From positions 12,090,001 to 12,154,000 of the forward strand of contig NW_026889763.1 in NCBI RefSeq assembly GCF_033153115.1: a DNA stretch of 64,000 nucleotides, in the 5' to 3' direction. A model generated the notes under the pieces. That model made no database searches and had not been told where the DNA came from. It saw only the letters and a list, made by a program, of their open reading frames with translations. This document shows positions 49,301 through 62,829 of the stretch, piece by piece; the stretch's first letter is position 1, and each line of letters starts with the position of its first letter. Source of the stretch: Saccostrea echinata. Its lineage: Eukaryota. A program made the position numbers and the translations under genes.

Positions 49301-52300
49301 TTTTATAAACTTTCAGGATAAAGTCATTTGAGTTTGCCAAGCAGGGCCTGACATTTGAAATACCCAGAGTGCTATGTTTGTCAGACTGTGCAATTCGTGT
49401 GTTGGATCCTAAATATGACCACTATTCACCTACATGTAAAAGCTTCTACCCAAGACAAAAGGTCAAAAAAGGTAAGAAAAAACTCGCAAGTTCATTCTCT
49501 GTTGACTTCCAAAAAAAATTACATAAATATAGAGAGTTATTAAAAAAAATCTTGTCATTGTCCTGTACATGGGGGATAGATGCCAATCAACTAAATACAG
49601 TCAGATTTTGGTATGTGAAACTCCACAAAGCAAATTGAGCCCACATTTTCAACTACAGTTTGAGTTGTAACTAAATTATGTTGAAAACATGATCTCAGAG
49701 TTCTTTGTCAATCCTCATGATCCTTCTGAGTTTGAAATATGAAAGCTTAACTGTATTGAGAAGAATGTATAAATTTATGATCATAAAGGGAAAACTTTTA
49801 GAAAACAATTGGTAATTTTTAAACTGTTGTTGTAAGTTGAGACCCCTGTTGAGGAAGCCAAGCCTGAGGAAGGGGAGGAAAACAAGGAAGAGGAAAAGAA
49901 GGAGGAGGAGCCTGAGGAAAAAGAGAAGGAGCCAACAGTAAGTAGGGAGGGGCAGGGACAGGGCACTGACCCAGAAAAACGCTATCTTAATTTTTTATAA
50001 CTGAGTAGAGGGACAGGAACTGTTCCAGAAAAACTGTATCATATATTTCTATAACTGAGTTGAATTTATTCAGAGAAAATACATATACATTGTTTAAACT
50101 GTTTAATAGAAAACTAGCTAGGGTGAAATATGTAACTTATAGTTTGAATGAAAAGGAAAATTTTCTATTTCAGCTGATCTTTTTGGTTAATATAAAGAAT
50201 TAGAATGAAAAGAAACAGAATTGAAAACTTAGACAAATTTAAAGTAAAAAAAAGAAAAAAGCATAGCATTGGCATGTAAAAATCGAAAGAATTATAGAAT
50301 GATATTAACCTTCATTCACAATTTCTCTTTATATATAACAATACAAAAAAAACTGTCTCCCTTTGCATCTAGATTGTATTGATAGTGTCTAACAAAGTAC
50401 CGGTAAACCTCATTTCTTTGAAATTAATTATTAAAATTATATCATTATATATAAGTTGCTTTAAATACTTATCTTAGTATGCATGGAAGAGATACAGAAA
50501 TGAACTTTTCGTGTATAACAAGGTCCCTTGATGAGTTCCCTCCATTGAACATAAACTGCAAAAACATTATCATGTGAATTATACACATTTCTATTGAAGG
50601 ATTATGCACTTGAGTCAATTGTAAGTTTTCCATAAAAAGTTTGTAGCATCTATTTAGTGACTGGTATAGCTTTAACTTTATATTCATTTCACATTTTATA
50701 ATATATTACACATTTAGTATACATGTACTTTATTAAATATGTGATATTGTAGAGGTATATAATTATTATAACATATTGTTATTATTTCGACACTGTAAGT
50801 TATTATTTCATCACATCTTGTTGAATATGATTTTTTTAAGTGTAAATACATATAATGGTGTAAACCCATTAATTTGTGATTTTTTTAAGCAGTGCACATT
50901 TGGGAAAGGTTTTCTGTTTTGTTCTTTTGATCACAAAGGCTTCTTTGGGTGAACACACTTGTTAGGATCAGTAGGTTGTGGAAACGCACTTAACTGGACA
51001 AACTCCGGGAACACTTAGTACACTGCAAGAGTCTTCTATTTTTTTTTGTTCAAAGGATAGATCACTTTATATTGCAATTCAGTCATCTTCTTATATTTCC
51101 TAATTTTTCATTAATTCTGAGAGTATTTCAATGAATGACTTGGGGGAAAAAAATCATGACTGCTATACCTTCAACTGAGGATGATTTTATGTTAGATATA
51201 TTTTTGAAGTTGACCATAAAAATGACTGAGAAATCTAAATTTAGTCTCTACACATGTCAGTCATTCTCACTGTAATTAATGTTATACTGAGTGATGTTTG
51301 TTTGTAGCTCTTTGTAGGCATTGCATGCACATTTTTCTCTTGAATATTGTGTTAGATATTTTTGTTGAGTTACTATTGTTGTGATTAAATGGTGGTGAAA
51401 AACACCATTCACCTGTCATAAAAATGAAAATATTGAAGAGACTGCTTGAAGACTGAACTTTTAATTAATATTTTTTTTTGCAACAATTTTTAGACTGAAG
51501 AAGGAAACAAACCGGTATACAGGACCATATATTCTAGAATTGTTGAAACTAATCTAAAAACTAAGTTCTGGATTCATCTATTAATAGGGAAGAGTTTACT
51601 GTAAACATGCAAATGTTCCTTGTGGCAAAAACTTGGTACATTTAGTAGTTAACAAAAAAATACTGAAATTAACTTTTATGTTAAAAAAAATTGTGTTTTC
51701 TTTTTTTCATTCTATTCATAGTTCTTTATGAAAAAATAATTCTCATGCAGAAGGTTCAATACATAAAATACAATGTATATCCCTAATAAAACATTCATGT
51801 TTACAATAATTCCTACTAATGGAGTTCTACAAAAGACAAAATTTTATGAGCGTTCGACTTTAGTCATTTCCGAGTTGAAAATAATTGAAAATTAACAAAA
51901 ATTTATTGTTGAGTTTTTAATTTTGTTAACTATTGTACTGGACTTTGGTAGATTAAGTGCATGGGCATGTACGTTGTATGTAAACTATGTTCCAGATTTT
52001 CATAAATTTGCTTGGAGTGACATAAAAACAGTGAAGGAAAGGTGTTCCATTGAAATAATTCCATTTAACTCATTGCTTTTTTTTTGCACAATGAAATAAC
52101 CAGTTTCCATTTTAAATGCCTGTATTTTCAATATGTTAAAGACAAATTTCATTTTTATCTTTTTGAAGTATAGTACAAACTAAGAAAGTCATTTCCTCTT
52201 ATGATTGCAGATTGTCTCAAACTGTGTTTAATTTTTTTTTTATCTCTGATGTTCCTAGGATTTAATGGCTGCTCTGGCTGAATTGGAGGATGGACCAAAA

Positions 52301-55300
52301 GAAGAAGAGGAAGAAACAGAGAAAAAGGAGGAGGAAAAAGAGGAGGATATTGAGGAATATGAGGAGCCTAAAACTCCTGGTAAGTCCTACAGGACTCGAT
52401 AAAACTCCTAGTCATACAGGACCCAATAAAACTCCTGGTAAGTCCTACAGGACTCGATAAAACTCCTGGTCCTACAGGACTCGATAAAACTCCTGGTCCT
52501 ACAGGACTCGATAAAACTCCTGGTCCTACAGGACTCGATAAAACTCCTGGTCCCACAGGACTCGATAAAACTCCTGGTAAGTCCTACAGGACTCGATAAA
52601 ACTCCTGGTAAGTCCTACAGGACTTGATAAAACTCCTGGTAAGTCCTACAGCACTTGATAAAACTATTGGTAAGTCCTATAGGACTCGATAAAACTCCTG
52701 GTAAGTCCTACAGGACTCGATAAAACTCCTAAGAAGTCCTACAGGACTCGATAAAACTCCTGGTAAGTCCTACAAGACTTAATAAAACTCCTGGTAAGTC
52801 CTACAGGACATCATTGCACTCCTGGTTAGTCCTATAGGACTCAAGGGATTCCCATAATGATCCTTAAACTTTAGCTAAATCCTAGACACCAAAACATCAA
52901 GTATATCTTAGAGGACCTGGCTCGCTTAAATCCAGGTACATGTAAACAAAAATGATCCATTTGACATGTTGTGTCCCAGACATAGACGCAGATTTAGTTT
53001 CAAAATTCCAAGTAATTAATAGAGAGCTCATGCTTCAAAAATCTAGGTAAATTCTGAAGGAATCAGGTGCCAAAACCCATAGGTAATTCTTAAAGGACTC
53101 AGATCTTATATTTCCAGTTAAATTCTAGGGGATACAGGTTCCTAAACTTTGGTTCATTTCAAGAGAAATGGGATTTGGTTACTGTGGAATCATTAAAATT
53201 TGTGGGGGCCTTTTCGTCTTTGTAACTCTAATTTATTAATTCGTGGAGTATGTTAATTCATGGATGAGAGGTACCCCTGAATTAGAGCCACCACAAAATC
53301 TAATGATTCCACAGTATTTAGAAAAAATGAGCTGTCATAAGTCTTAATGGTTTATTCAAGTGAGAGCACCAAAAATCTTAATAAGATATTGCAAGACTGA
53401 AGGTTGAAACCAAACAGTCCATGAACAAGTTCTAGAGAACACAAGAAGATCAAAACTTATCAAATGCTAGTTTCATGAATCCACACATACTGTTTGATCT
53501 CTTTCTTTAAAGCAGTCAATATTTAACAAGTTCATTGATGCTGATGACATGTTATTTTCATGTTTACATGTATGTTTTAGAAAGTTTTTTGACAACTCCC
53601 TGTTTATTTTACAGAGCCTCTGGAATGGGAGGACTTTGAAGAGGATGAAGATGTAGTGGATCTAAGAGCTAATGATATTGTGGGGGGTGTATTCCACTTC
53701 GATCTTATGGCACTACCTCCCCAACCCAAAACCATGAACAAATGGATCGTTACTAGATGTAAGGACAGATTTTTGGAAGGGTTGTGTGTGGTTAAAATAT
53801 TGTCAAATTGTTTAGTATTATCTTGGACTTCTTGGTTTCATGAGTTAAGATGCCCCTTTTTGTAATTTATGAATTGTAAACATTAGATATATGCAAATGC
53901 ACCATGTGTCTATTATATGAAGGGCTCTTCCAATACAAAGTGTACTTGTCAATTTTGTAACAGTGGTGGATCCCCCAGAAATTGAGTACATAGATTATGT
54001 AGCTGACTCAGTCACACAGATGCCTAAGGAAAACCAGAGTTCTGGTAATACCCCAGTCCAGGGCGAGAAGAGAGATGATAAACCACCCATAGGAATCGCA
54101 ATGAAGTAAGAGAGAGAGAGAGGGAGAGAGTGATTCAGAGAGTGAGAGAAAGAGAAATGAAAAAATCCAAAATATTCTAATTGCATACCTTTTTCCGGAC
54201 TTCTGCTTACCTGTTTTATTTTTGGGGGAGACTTCTAATTCAGTTGTTTAATTTTCAGACTTCCAAGTCATGTTTTGTTTTCTGAGGAACCCCTCATTGC
54301 TCGCTGGGATTACAAGAAGAAATACTGGAGACAGGATGGATTTACAGATATGAGTTATGATGAAGGTCTGTGGCTCTGTACAACAGTAAATAAATAAATT
54401 TAATTTCAGCAGTCTGAGAATTGGTATATTGCTATTTAAACCTGGATTCATATCTAACTTTAAATAAAGTATTAGTTGATTCTAATAGTTTTTTTTTTCT
54501 TTGGCTTGCAGATAACAGGATTTTCTCCTTTAAGACAGCATACTTTGGACTTTTTGCCCTCCTTCAGGACTCTCATTTGAACATGCCATTCCAGTCCTGG
54601 GAGCTCCGCCCACATAAAACTAATGCCTGTGTCCTCACTATCATTGCTGCTATTGTAGAAGTGGAAATTGAAATAAAGGTAATCTTATAGACAGGATGAT
54701 ACAATGAAGTGATTTTATGATCTCCACATGGCATTAACTGTAGCATTTTAAGTTCTATGGTAAAAAGCAAATATACTGTAAATGATGGACACTCTGAGGA
54801 AGATATATTTTAGTAAATGTAGATACTTAGCTTGCTCTAGCTACAGCTGTAGTTTGTGCTATTAAATCAACAAATTCAATATTTATAGAAAATTTTTATT
54901 AGTTCTGCTTTTATGTTTAATTGTAATCTTTCTAGAGGACAGTTGTGAAGTACAATGTAGTAATACATTTTTTTAAATATATTTTTTTGGCTTTGCTCTA
55001 TAGGATGCCATGTGCTGTCTAAGTAAACCTGATGACAGACCAGAACTGGATGGAATCAGAAATAAGTGGGTCACACCTAAAGAACTTATTACGGTAACAA
55101 TTTAATTAACATTTTCATTTAAGTGTATGCTTGTTCATAATAGCAATAATGCTTGAACATCATTAGGTGCTTTGTTTGCAGTTTAAACTACATCATCCTT
55201 TTGAACTAATATATTTCATGTACTTAATTATATTTATATGACAATTTTCTATCTTCTCTTTATGGAGAAATAATGTCTGACCACAAAAAAATTATTTTCT

Positions 55301-56893
55301 TAGATCATGAAAGAGGCAGGCATAAACCTGTTCCCAGCTGATGACTCCTCCAAATATGTCAGCATTCAAAACAAGGTCAGGTGACACTCTGAGAAAATAC
55401 TTTGAGTTTTATTGTACTGTACAGTGCCTGAATTCAGAGGTTACTGTGAAGGTCCTTCATTTGTGATGCCAATTTTTGTTATAAACACACCCAGTAGCCT
55501 CAATTTAAACTCATTTTCTTAATCTCAGTTTTAAGAGAGAAGAATTAACAAGTTTGAAATCTTTCATAAGATTTCTCTACATTCAGTATTTTGTCTGAAT
55601 AAAGCAATCACTATTTGAATACTTCCTGTTTGTTTTAGAACCCTATCGTTACAAATTGGATGTATGAACAGATGGCGCTGCTGTCATCTGCTATGGCATT
55701 CTCCTGGTCCAAATGGAACAGTGAAATGGACACAAGTGATAAAGTTTTATTCCAGGGATCTGAGGCTCTAGAGGATGAACCACTGCTGGAGGTAGGGGCC
55801 ACAGAAGGGGTCAAAATATATACAACTATACCTTATAATATGAATTAACCAGTAGTGGTGATATTGTAGCAAATGACCAAGATCTGTCCCGAGTTATTAA
55901 TGTCCACATTTTTCATTTATTATCTACCAGGTAATATGTTTTACAGGAGAGTCTGATATTAAAATAAATGACTTAGGTCAAATTTTGATAAATGAATGAC
56001 AGATTTACTCAAAATTTGTTGTACAGGAGGACTGGGGTGTTTACATGGCCACGAAGAAGAGATGCATGAAACTGAATTGTACAGAGTTTGATGAAGAGTT
56101 CTCAGAGGATTATGCCGAGGGAACTACAGTGAGTTTCTAAGATTCTCAATGACATGCTTGTAGTCAATTAATACTTAATTTGGACTTGTGACTTTTCCAA
56201 GTGAAGTCAATACTTAATTTAGACTTGTGACTTTTCCAAGTGAAGTCAATACTTAATTTGGACTTGTGACTTTTCCAAGTAAAGTCAATACTTAATTTGG
56301 ACTTGTGACTTTTTCAAGTGAAGTCAATACTTAATTTGAACTTGTGACTTTTCCAAGTGTAGTCAATACTTAATTTGGACTTGTGACTTTTCCAAGTGAA
56401 GTCAATACTTAATTTGGACTTGTGACTTTTCCAAGTGAAGTCAATACTTAATTTGGACTTTTGACTTTTCGAAGTGAAGTCAATACTTAATTTGGACTTG
56501 TGACTTTTCCAAGTGTAGTCAATACTTAATTTGGACTTGTGACTTTTTCAAGTAAATTTCTTTATTGTAATGATGCAACTCTCTGGACTTTAAACATTGC
56601 TGATATTACTTATAAATAAATACTGACATTCAAATTTAATTTTTACATAATTAAAAATTTCATTGTTTAATATGTAAGAATTTATAAGAGGAAGGCATTG
56701 ATGTAATATAAAAGGGTAGTATTTTCTGATATCTATGGACATTCTTGTTTTTCAGTTCCGCTCGAATCTGTACCATACAGTGTTGACGCAGTGCTCTGAG
56801 GAAGCCAAGGAGAGAATTCTCAACTCAAGTTATCAGTATGTGGACTGTGTGGAGCAAATACTGAAAGCCACCAAAGTCCTCACGTATTCCTAA
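46400..56893 (+). CDS. CASC1: Dynein axonemal intermediate chain 7 / cancer susceptibility candidate 1 homolog
   Basis: Exons 46400-46402, 47156-47234, 47590-47681, 47811-47915, 48095-48235, 48524-48604, 48794-48963, 49317-49471, 49837-49937, (51494-51514), 52259-52379, 53615-53758, 53964-54105, 54259-54365, 54512-54678, 55004-55093, 55304-55375, 55639-55791, 56027-56128, 56756-56893. MPPKPKLSKAEKEKL, WNRYMRCDGSPDP, IWGNLSKNPR, LPPQPK, NMPFQSWELRP, AFSWSKWN, KATKVLTYS*; AATAAA at ~57044. Confidence 0.92.
46561..46630 (+). pseudogene. tRNA-derived SINE head / tRNA pseudogene in CASC1 intron 1
   Basis: A-box TAGCTCAAATGGTAGAGC and B-box-like GGGTTCGCTTCC; acceptor-like stem GACCT/AGGTC; anticodon arm does not pair properly. 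Confidence 0.65.
52369..52845 (+). repeat. 31/27-bp minisatellite (~16 units) made of the exon 3' end plus 5' splice site
   Basis: Unit TAAAACTCCTG|GTAAGTCCTACAG|GACTCGA; the first unit is the real donor at 52379/52380. Confidence 0.95.
53180..53317. mobile_element. Short TA-flanked MITE
   Basis: TACTGTGGAATCATTA.AATTTGTGG / CCACAAAATCTAATGATTCCACAGTA. Confidence 0.75.
56160..56553 (+). repeat. 39-bp minisatellite (~10 copies) in the last CASC1 intron
   Basis: Unit GAAGTCAATACTTAATTTGGACTTGTGACTTTTCCAAGT, head-to-tail with no spacers. Confidence 0.95.
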
Positions 56894-57441
56894 TGAGGTG
56901 CATTGTAAAGGGAGATAACTCCTGATCAAAGACTTACAGTGTGAAAATATGGGGAAGCATCTTTGTATTAAGGGAATAACTTTTAACAAAGAAATGTCTC
57001 TTCATGCTTCTTATTATATTATAAACTTGTTAAATGTATTTTGAATAAAGAAAATTGCTTGTGTCTTATATCATAAGTAAAGTGTGCTTTCAACACTCAA
57101 CTCTTCAAATGTGATATGCTCTGCTGCTAAGATTTTTTTCATGAAAAGGAAAGCAGTCATCCTTGATTCCTGTAAACCAAGCCTATTTACATTGTTATAA
57201 ATATATTAGTAACTTCTTCACATCAGATTTCACGGATTTATTAACACCTATGCAAAGGATGGTACATGTACATATAACATTTCAATGTTAAGATTGAGTT
57301 TGTAAATATTTCTTACAAAGTGCATAAAAATAAAATTGAATAAATATCTTACTACTAAATGTACAGGTAATGTTCTCTTGTGTCTTTATACCCCTACAGA
57401 ACAGTCTGGGGGTATAATTAGTTATATGGACACTGGACACA

Positions 57442-57560
57442 TAGAGGGGTAATATGGAAATATATGGGGTCCTTGAAAAAATGCATATTGTACATGGCAT
57501 AAGCGAAGGCCTAATATGCACTTTTTCAAGGACCCCATATATTTCCATATTACCACTCTA
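57442..57560. repeat. Palindromic MITE-like hairpin
   Basis: GGTAATATGGAAATATATGGGGTCCTTGAAAAA.TGCATATT / AATATGCA.TTTTTCAAGGACCCCATATATTTCCATATTACC. Confidence 0.9.
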
Positions 57561-58211
57561 AGTGTCTACATAAGGAATTTATCCTGTCAAAGGTTTTTTT
57601 TTTTTTAATAAAGACTTAGTTCATTTTCTCTGAGCTATGCAAACCCTTCCGTAACAATTGTTTACACTGTGACGTTGTTTGATGCTTATGTGACATCAGT
57701 TACTGTATAGGGGGAAATTAACTCGCGGTGTTAATATTCGCTATATTCACGGTGTTAATAAATCCGTGAAATCAAGAAACAGTGAATTAGTTTTCAATAA
57801 CCTCCATGTCTTATTTGGAAATTTGAGAATAGACTTCGATAGGTATATATACGTGCAGTACATGGTCATTTCAGTAATTACGAGTAGTACTTGTCATTCA
57901 ATTATTTTAATTATCACGCTTTACTTTAATTCAAATCTGCAGATAATAACCTGTATTTGTTAAAACGCTGTTTTAATAGCCAACACTACATGTTTTATGA
58001 ATCAGAACACGTGGGTCATGGGTTTTGATTACCCATGCGTAACTAATGTGTTACCTGCATTATCATGCATAGTAGTTTTTATCGTCATTTTGGTTTTTAA
58101 AAATCATTCAAATAACTATCGAACTTGCTGAAGATGTGGAAGGATATTATTTCGTCGACATACATTAACACATTTATTATCGTCCAGTGATATTTCGCCG
58201 CGGTGTATTAT

Positions 58212-60738
58212 CCCTTCGGAGGATTGCCGCTAGCTGCGATCTTGCGGCAAACATTGCAGCAATTGCTGTAAGCTTGCAGCAAATTCGCAGGAACTCAACA
58301 TTGTTTGCAGGAACATTGCAAGAAACATACACGCCAATCTGTTGTTCGCAGCAAGTTCGCAGGAAACATTTAACAAATTGAATGTTTGCAGGAAGTTTGC
58401 AAGAACAGTAAACAAGTCAAATCAGCCAATGAAATGCAGATATTATACTGGGGTCAACACAGAATTCGCCATTTTGAAATGTTTGAATTGAAGTTGTAGA
58501 TGTTTCAGTATTTTGTTAGGAATATATACCATTTTGAATGATCCCATACGGAAAAAAAGGGCAAACAAACTACTATAACAAATTACTAACAAACCACTGT
58601 GTTTTGAAAGTAGTTTAATAGTATAGCAAATCACATGCAAATGAGCTAACAAACTATAACAAACCATGAACAAACTACATCAACAAACTACTAACAAACC
58701 ATATCAACAAAGTACTAACAAACCACTCTAACAAACTACTAACAAATCATCTCAACAAACTACTAACAAACCACTCTAACAAAATACTAACAAATCACTG
58801 TTAACAAATCATCAACAAAACACTAAATTTGAATTTTCTTAACAAATCCACAAGTCTTAAAAACATCTAAACACAGTCACATTTTGAAATGTTCAACGCT
58901 TCTTGTTTCAGAGTATTTCAAATTCCAGGATCAACAAGTTTAGTAAATGCAAGTGCAACATTCTGACATTAAACACTATTAAGTTCCTTTAGTTTAGGAG
59001 ATGTTATTCTCAAGTCGACTGCCCACTTATCGTATTCTCCCGTGAATCACATCTCCATTGAATTGTTCACAAAAAAGATGTTTTTCATGTAATTGTATTT
59101 TAGCTGACATTTAAATATTCCCTGCTTCATATGGTATGGAAAATGCTGCAATCATCTTCCTTTCTCTTGCCTTAATTATTGCAACTCTGTAAGATCTTTT
59201 CTTGTCTAATTTTCAAGTATTCATCACTTAATCCGGTACTAAACTTATCTAAGCTAGTATAGGGATTATAAGTCAGTCTGAAAATAAATAAAAACCCAAT
59301 AAAAACATACATATCCAGATTCAATGAAGTTTACTGTAGCCCAGCCTTATTTGAGGTAAAAAAGAACTTAATGTCATGTAATAAATACCTCTTCTGTGTC
59401 CAGATCCATGCTTTAATATATTGTTGCTGCTTTCTCCAATCAGGGACCTAATATATACTAACAATTTGTATGTCCCTTCCCCAATTCCTTTGTTTCTGAC
59501 CTGCTGGTTGTTTGAAAATTGGCGCAAATAGTCTAAAACCGGATGTAAAGAGATAAGCCGTTCTTGGAAACTTTTACAACTCTAGATAATTCAACCCTAA
59601 ACATGTCTGTAAAGTAATTTCCCATGTGGTTAGATGCAAATGCTATACTAAGAAAACACTGTTGCAAGATACCAAGTCTAACAAACTATAAAGAAATCAC
59701 AATCAGCAGAAATGAAAGACTAACAAACCACTTCAGTTATTTTTAGAAACAGTGCTTTGTTAGTGTTTCATTTAATGCTTTACTATCAAACTACTTTAAC
59801 AAATCATAAAAGTATAGTTTGTTGGTAATTTGTTGATGTTTTATTAGTAGTTTGTTAAAAAATATTTTCCTTTGGGATTACAAAAGCAAAATTCTGGATG
59901 TAGGTGTACACTGGCATACACAACATCTAATTGGTAAGATCTGATTTTGTTTTATTAATTTGATATGAAACAATTATCTCTCTAAAACATACATGTTTAA
60001 GTAACTGATGTACTTGCTAGGTCAAATCTTAATCTATTTAAGAGTTTTAATATAACATTTGTGTGTTTCTTTAAATGTATTAAAGGTTCCAAATCAACTA
60101 TTATAAATGTTTATAAATATGTTTTCAAATAAATTGGTATTAACCGTAAAATTTTATTGTTAAAGTAATGTGCAAAGGTTTTTAAATTTCTGTACATGTC
60201 AAAAGAAATCATATTAAATTTTTATTAGGAATAGTATGTGAACATTGTCTAGGAACAAAGAGAGAGACTATCAACACTTCAGAAACTAGCTTGCATCATT
60301 TCAGACACAAGTGGTGGATTTTCTCTATAATTAACAGATTAACGTCAGGACAAAGGCTCTCTAGCTGCGAACTTGCTGCATGTACGCAGGAATGTGCCAA
60401 AACAATAATTTTATTCCTTGCCACAAGTTAGCGGCAATGTTTGCTGCAAGCTTGCAGCAATGTTTGCCGCAAGCTTGCAGCAACGTTTGCCGCAAGCTTG
60501 CAGCAAGGTTTCCATATTTGGAAAATCCAGTGTTTGCTGCAGACTTGCAGCAAACCTCATTTGCATGGTAAAATGTTTGCTGCAAACTTGCTGCAAACAC
60601 AAAGGCTTTGTATAGACTGCCATGGTTTCTTTAGCTTCATTGCAGCAAGCTTGCAGCAATGTCTGCAGCAAGTTTGTAACAATGTTTGCTGCAGACTTGC
60701 AGCAAATGTTTGCAGGAAGGCAATATTTTTGGTAAGGG
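58212..60738. mobile_element. CACTA/EnSpm-like non-autonomous element (outer)
   Basis: CCCTT...AAGGG termini; 3-bp TSD TAT; both subtermini packed with TTGCAGCAA/TTGCTGCAA motifs. Confidence 0.75.
58543..59876. mobile_element. CACTA/EnSpm-like non-autonomous element (inner, nested)
   Basis: CCCATACGGAAAA / TTTTCCTTTGGG termini; 2-bp TSD AT; subterminal AACAAACTACT repeats, inverted at the right end. Confidence 0.75.
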
Positions 60739-62829
60739 TATCTCTCTGTCCAGCTGTGACATCTAATTGACTCGAGATTAGGACTTTGAATTAAATGGAG
60801 GGTATACTAGAGTCACTGTCATTCATTTGTCTGTCCATCTGTAATATCCACCTTTACTACATTTTTAACTGTGAATAACAGTACTGTAATTAATTTGTTG
60901 AATAAGTGATATTTTGTCCCAGTGTGAAAAAATATCAGAAGTGTGGCACAACTCGAGATTTCCCTTCCCTTCATGAAGAATGTTGTAAAATACTCCCTGG
61001 TCTGTTATAAGATAGAGGGAGTAAATAAACCATCCTGATAGAGACTAAATCTATGATGTCTCGGCCTATGACACTGTTACGAAAAGAAAAAGGCAAAGGG
61101 AAAATGAAAGAAAATGTTATAAACAGAACAATTATTTTATTCTTGAATGTGGAATTTATTTCATTTTTGAGACAGGATTTTTTGATGTTTGCACCAATGT
61201 AAATACAAAAAAAAAAAAAGTCCCAGGTTGTGTCATGACACCCCCCCCCCCCCCAACCACTCATAAATTATCGATGACAAAGTTCAATAACAGTATTTCC
61301 ACATGAATTCATTTGAGTGAGTCTCTGGTTGAATTAATCCCATTAAGATTAATTCCATGTTAAGATTAAATGATCACAGGTTTACCTGCCTCATCATCTT
61401 AACTATACAATCAAGTACAAATATGACAATTTTTTCAGACTTTATTTTTCCATTCAATAAATATAGCATCATATGTCCTTAATAAATATACATGTAAGTT
61501 CCATAAAATAAGCCAGTGAAACGTAACAAAAATGTAAAGTTGTACCTAAAATATTGTACACTAAGCTAAGCTCATACAATAACACCTCACACATCCAAGT
61601 ACAAATTGAATCTGGTTATTTTATCACACCTAATTGTATATGGATGGCATCAGAGATTGTAAGAATGTGAGACAGGTAATGCAGTTGTTGCTATTGTGAT
61701 TAAAAATTAAAATTCACTGATGATAAAAAAAAGTGTTAAATCTATGTTATACATATATAACAACTTTAGGATAAAGCAAATAAATTCACACGTCCCTTGG
61801 ACTTCATTATAACAGAAATTTACTGTGGAGTTGAAATACACTGTACCAAATAAATCACAACCAGAAAAATGAAAGCTCTGATTTACAATGCCCCCTCCTC
61901 CTTATTTAATGACCTAGCTGTGAACACATGAACATTTGTCAAGAGAGGCAGTTGTCATGGTCAGAAAGCTTTAGAAAACACAACTGAAATATTAAACTTT
62001 ATATTCTTATAAACTTCACTAATAATGGCAGTTCTGAGTGTTACATCCAGACTTCTAAAGTGTAAGCTTAACCTGTCAAACTGGAAAAGGAATAAAATAA
62101 CTGGGTTCTACCCATAAGACAAGACTTTGCTGCCAATATTTCAACAGTTAATCACATGGCATAAAATAATAAAAACAAATGTTACATGTACATATGTGAC
62201 AATGTTAATTCATAGGACGGAAAACATTTCACTCAAAAAGCATCCGATGTGGGAGAAAATCCTATTTTGTGGATTTCCTGACAAGAACAAACTACATGTA
62301 CATGTATTTGTACAAGACCTGCCATTTCTTAAATATCTCTTATAACACAAACAACAGTGCAATTTGAAGTCCTAATTACTGGACAAAGCAGTTTGATGTT
62401 TACAACCTTTCAAACACATTGAATTTTAACAATTTGTTACAACTTAAATATGTTCATGTATGTACAGACCGAGATCTTTCTGACAAATCACTACAATATT
62501 GCCAATTCTTTGATAACAGAATGACAAATCTTAAACTACATGATGTAAAGCTCAGATTGTACAATAAATCTTCAGAAAACACCTTTAAGCATATTTTCAC
62601 TGGACAGCTGTCTTGTATACACAAAGCATTGAACTCTGTTACAGAATTGTGAGTTTTTATTGTGTGGTAAGAGTGGTTAGTACACCACCCCTCCTTTGTC
62701 CTCATTGTCACTAGCACTATCACTCCCCACTCCTACCTGGGGATCAGGGGAGATAAACCATGGTATAACACAGCACCAACCAAATGTCAGGAATGAACAC
62801 ATAAAATAATACACTGATGACTCAAAGCT

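Noticed and set aside
52368-52556. Minus-strand ORF with PVGPGVLSS repeats
   Set aside because: Antisense translation of the 27-bp repeat units; no ATG context or splice support
52369-52845. CRISPR-like appearance of short regular repeats (also 56160-56553)
   Set aside because: Units are head-to-tail with no unique spacers, there are no cas genes, and the context is a eukaryotic intron
60361-60770. Several overlapping Cys/Ala/Gln-rich ORFs (also 58187-58415)
   Set aside because: Translations of TTGCAGCAA subterminal repeats of a DNA transposon
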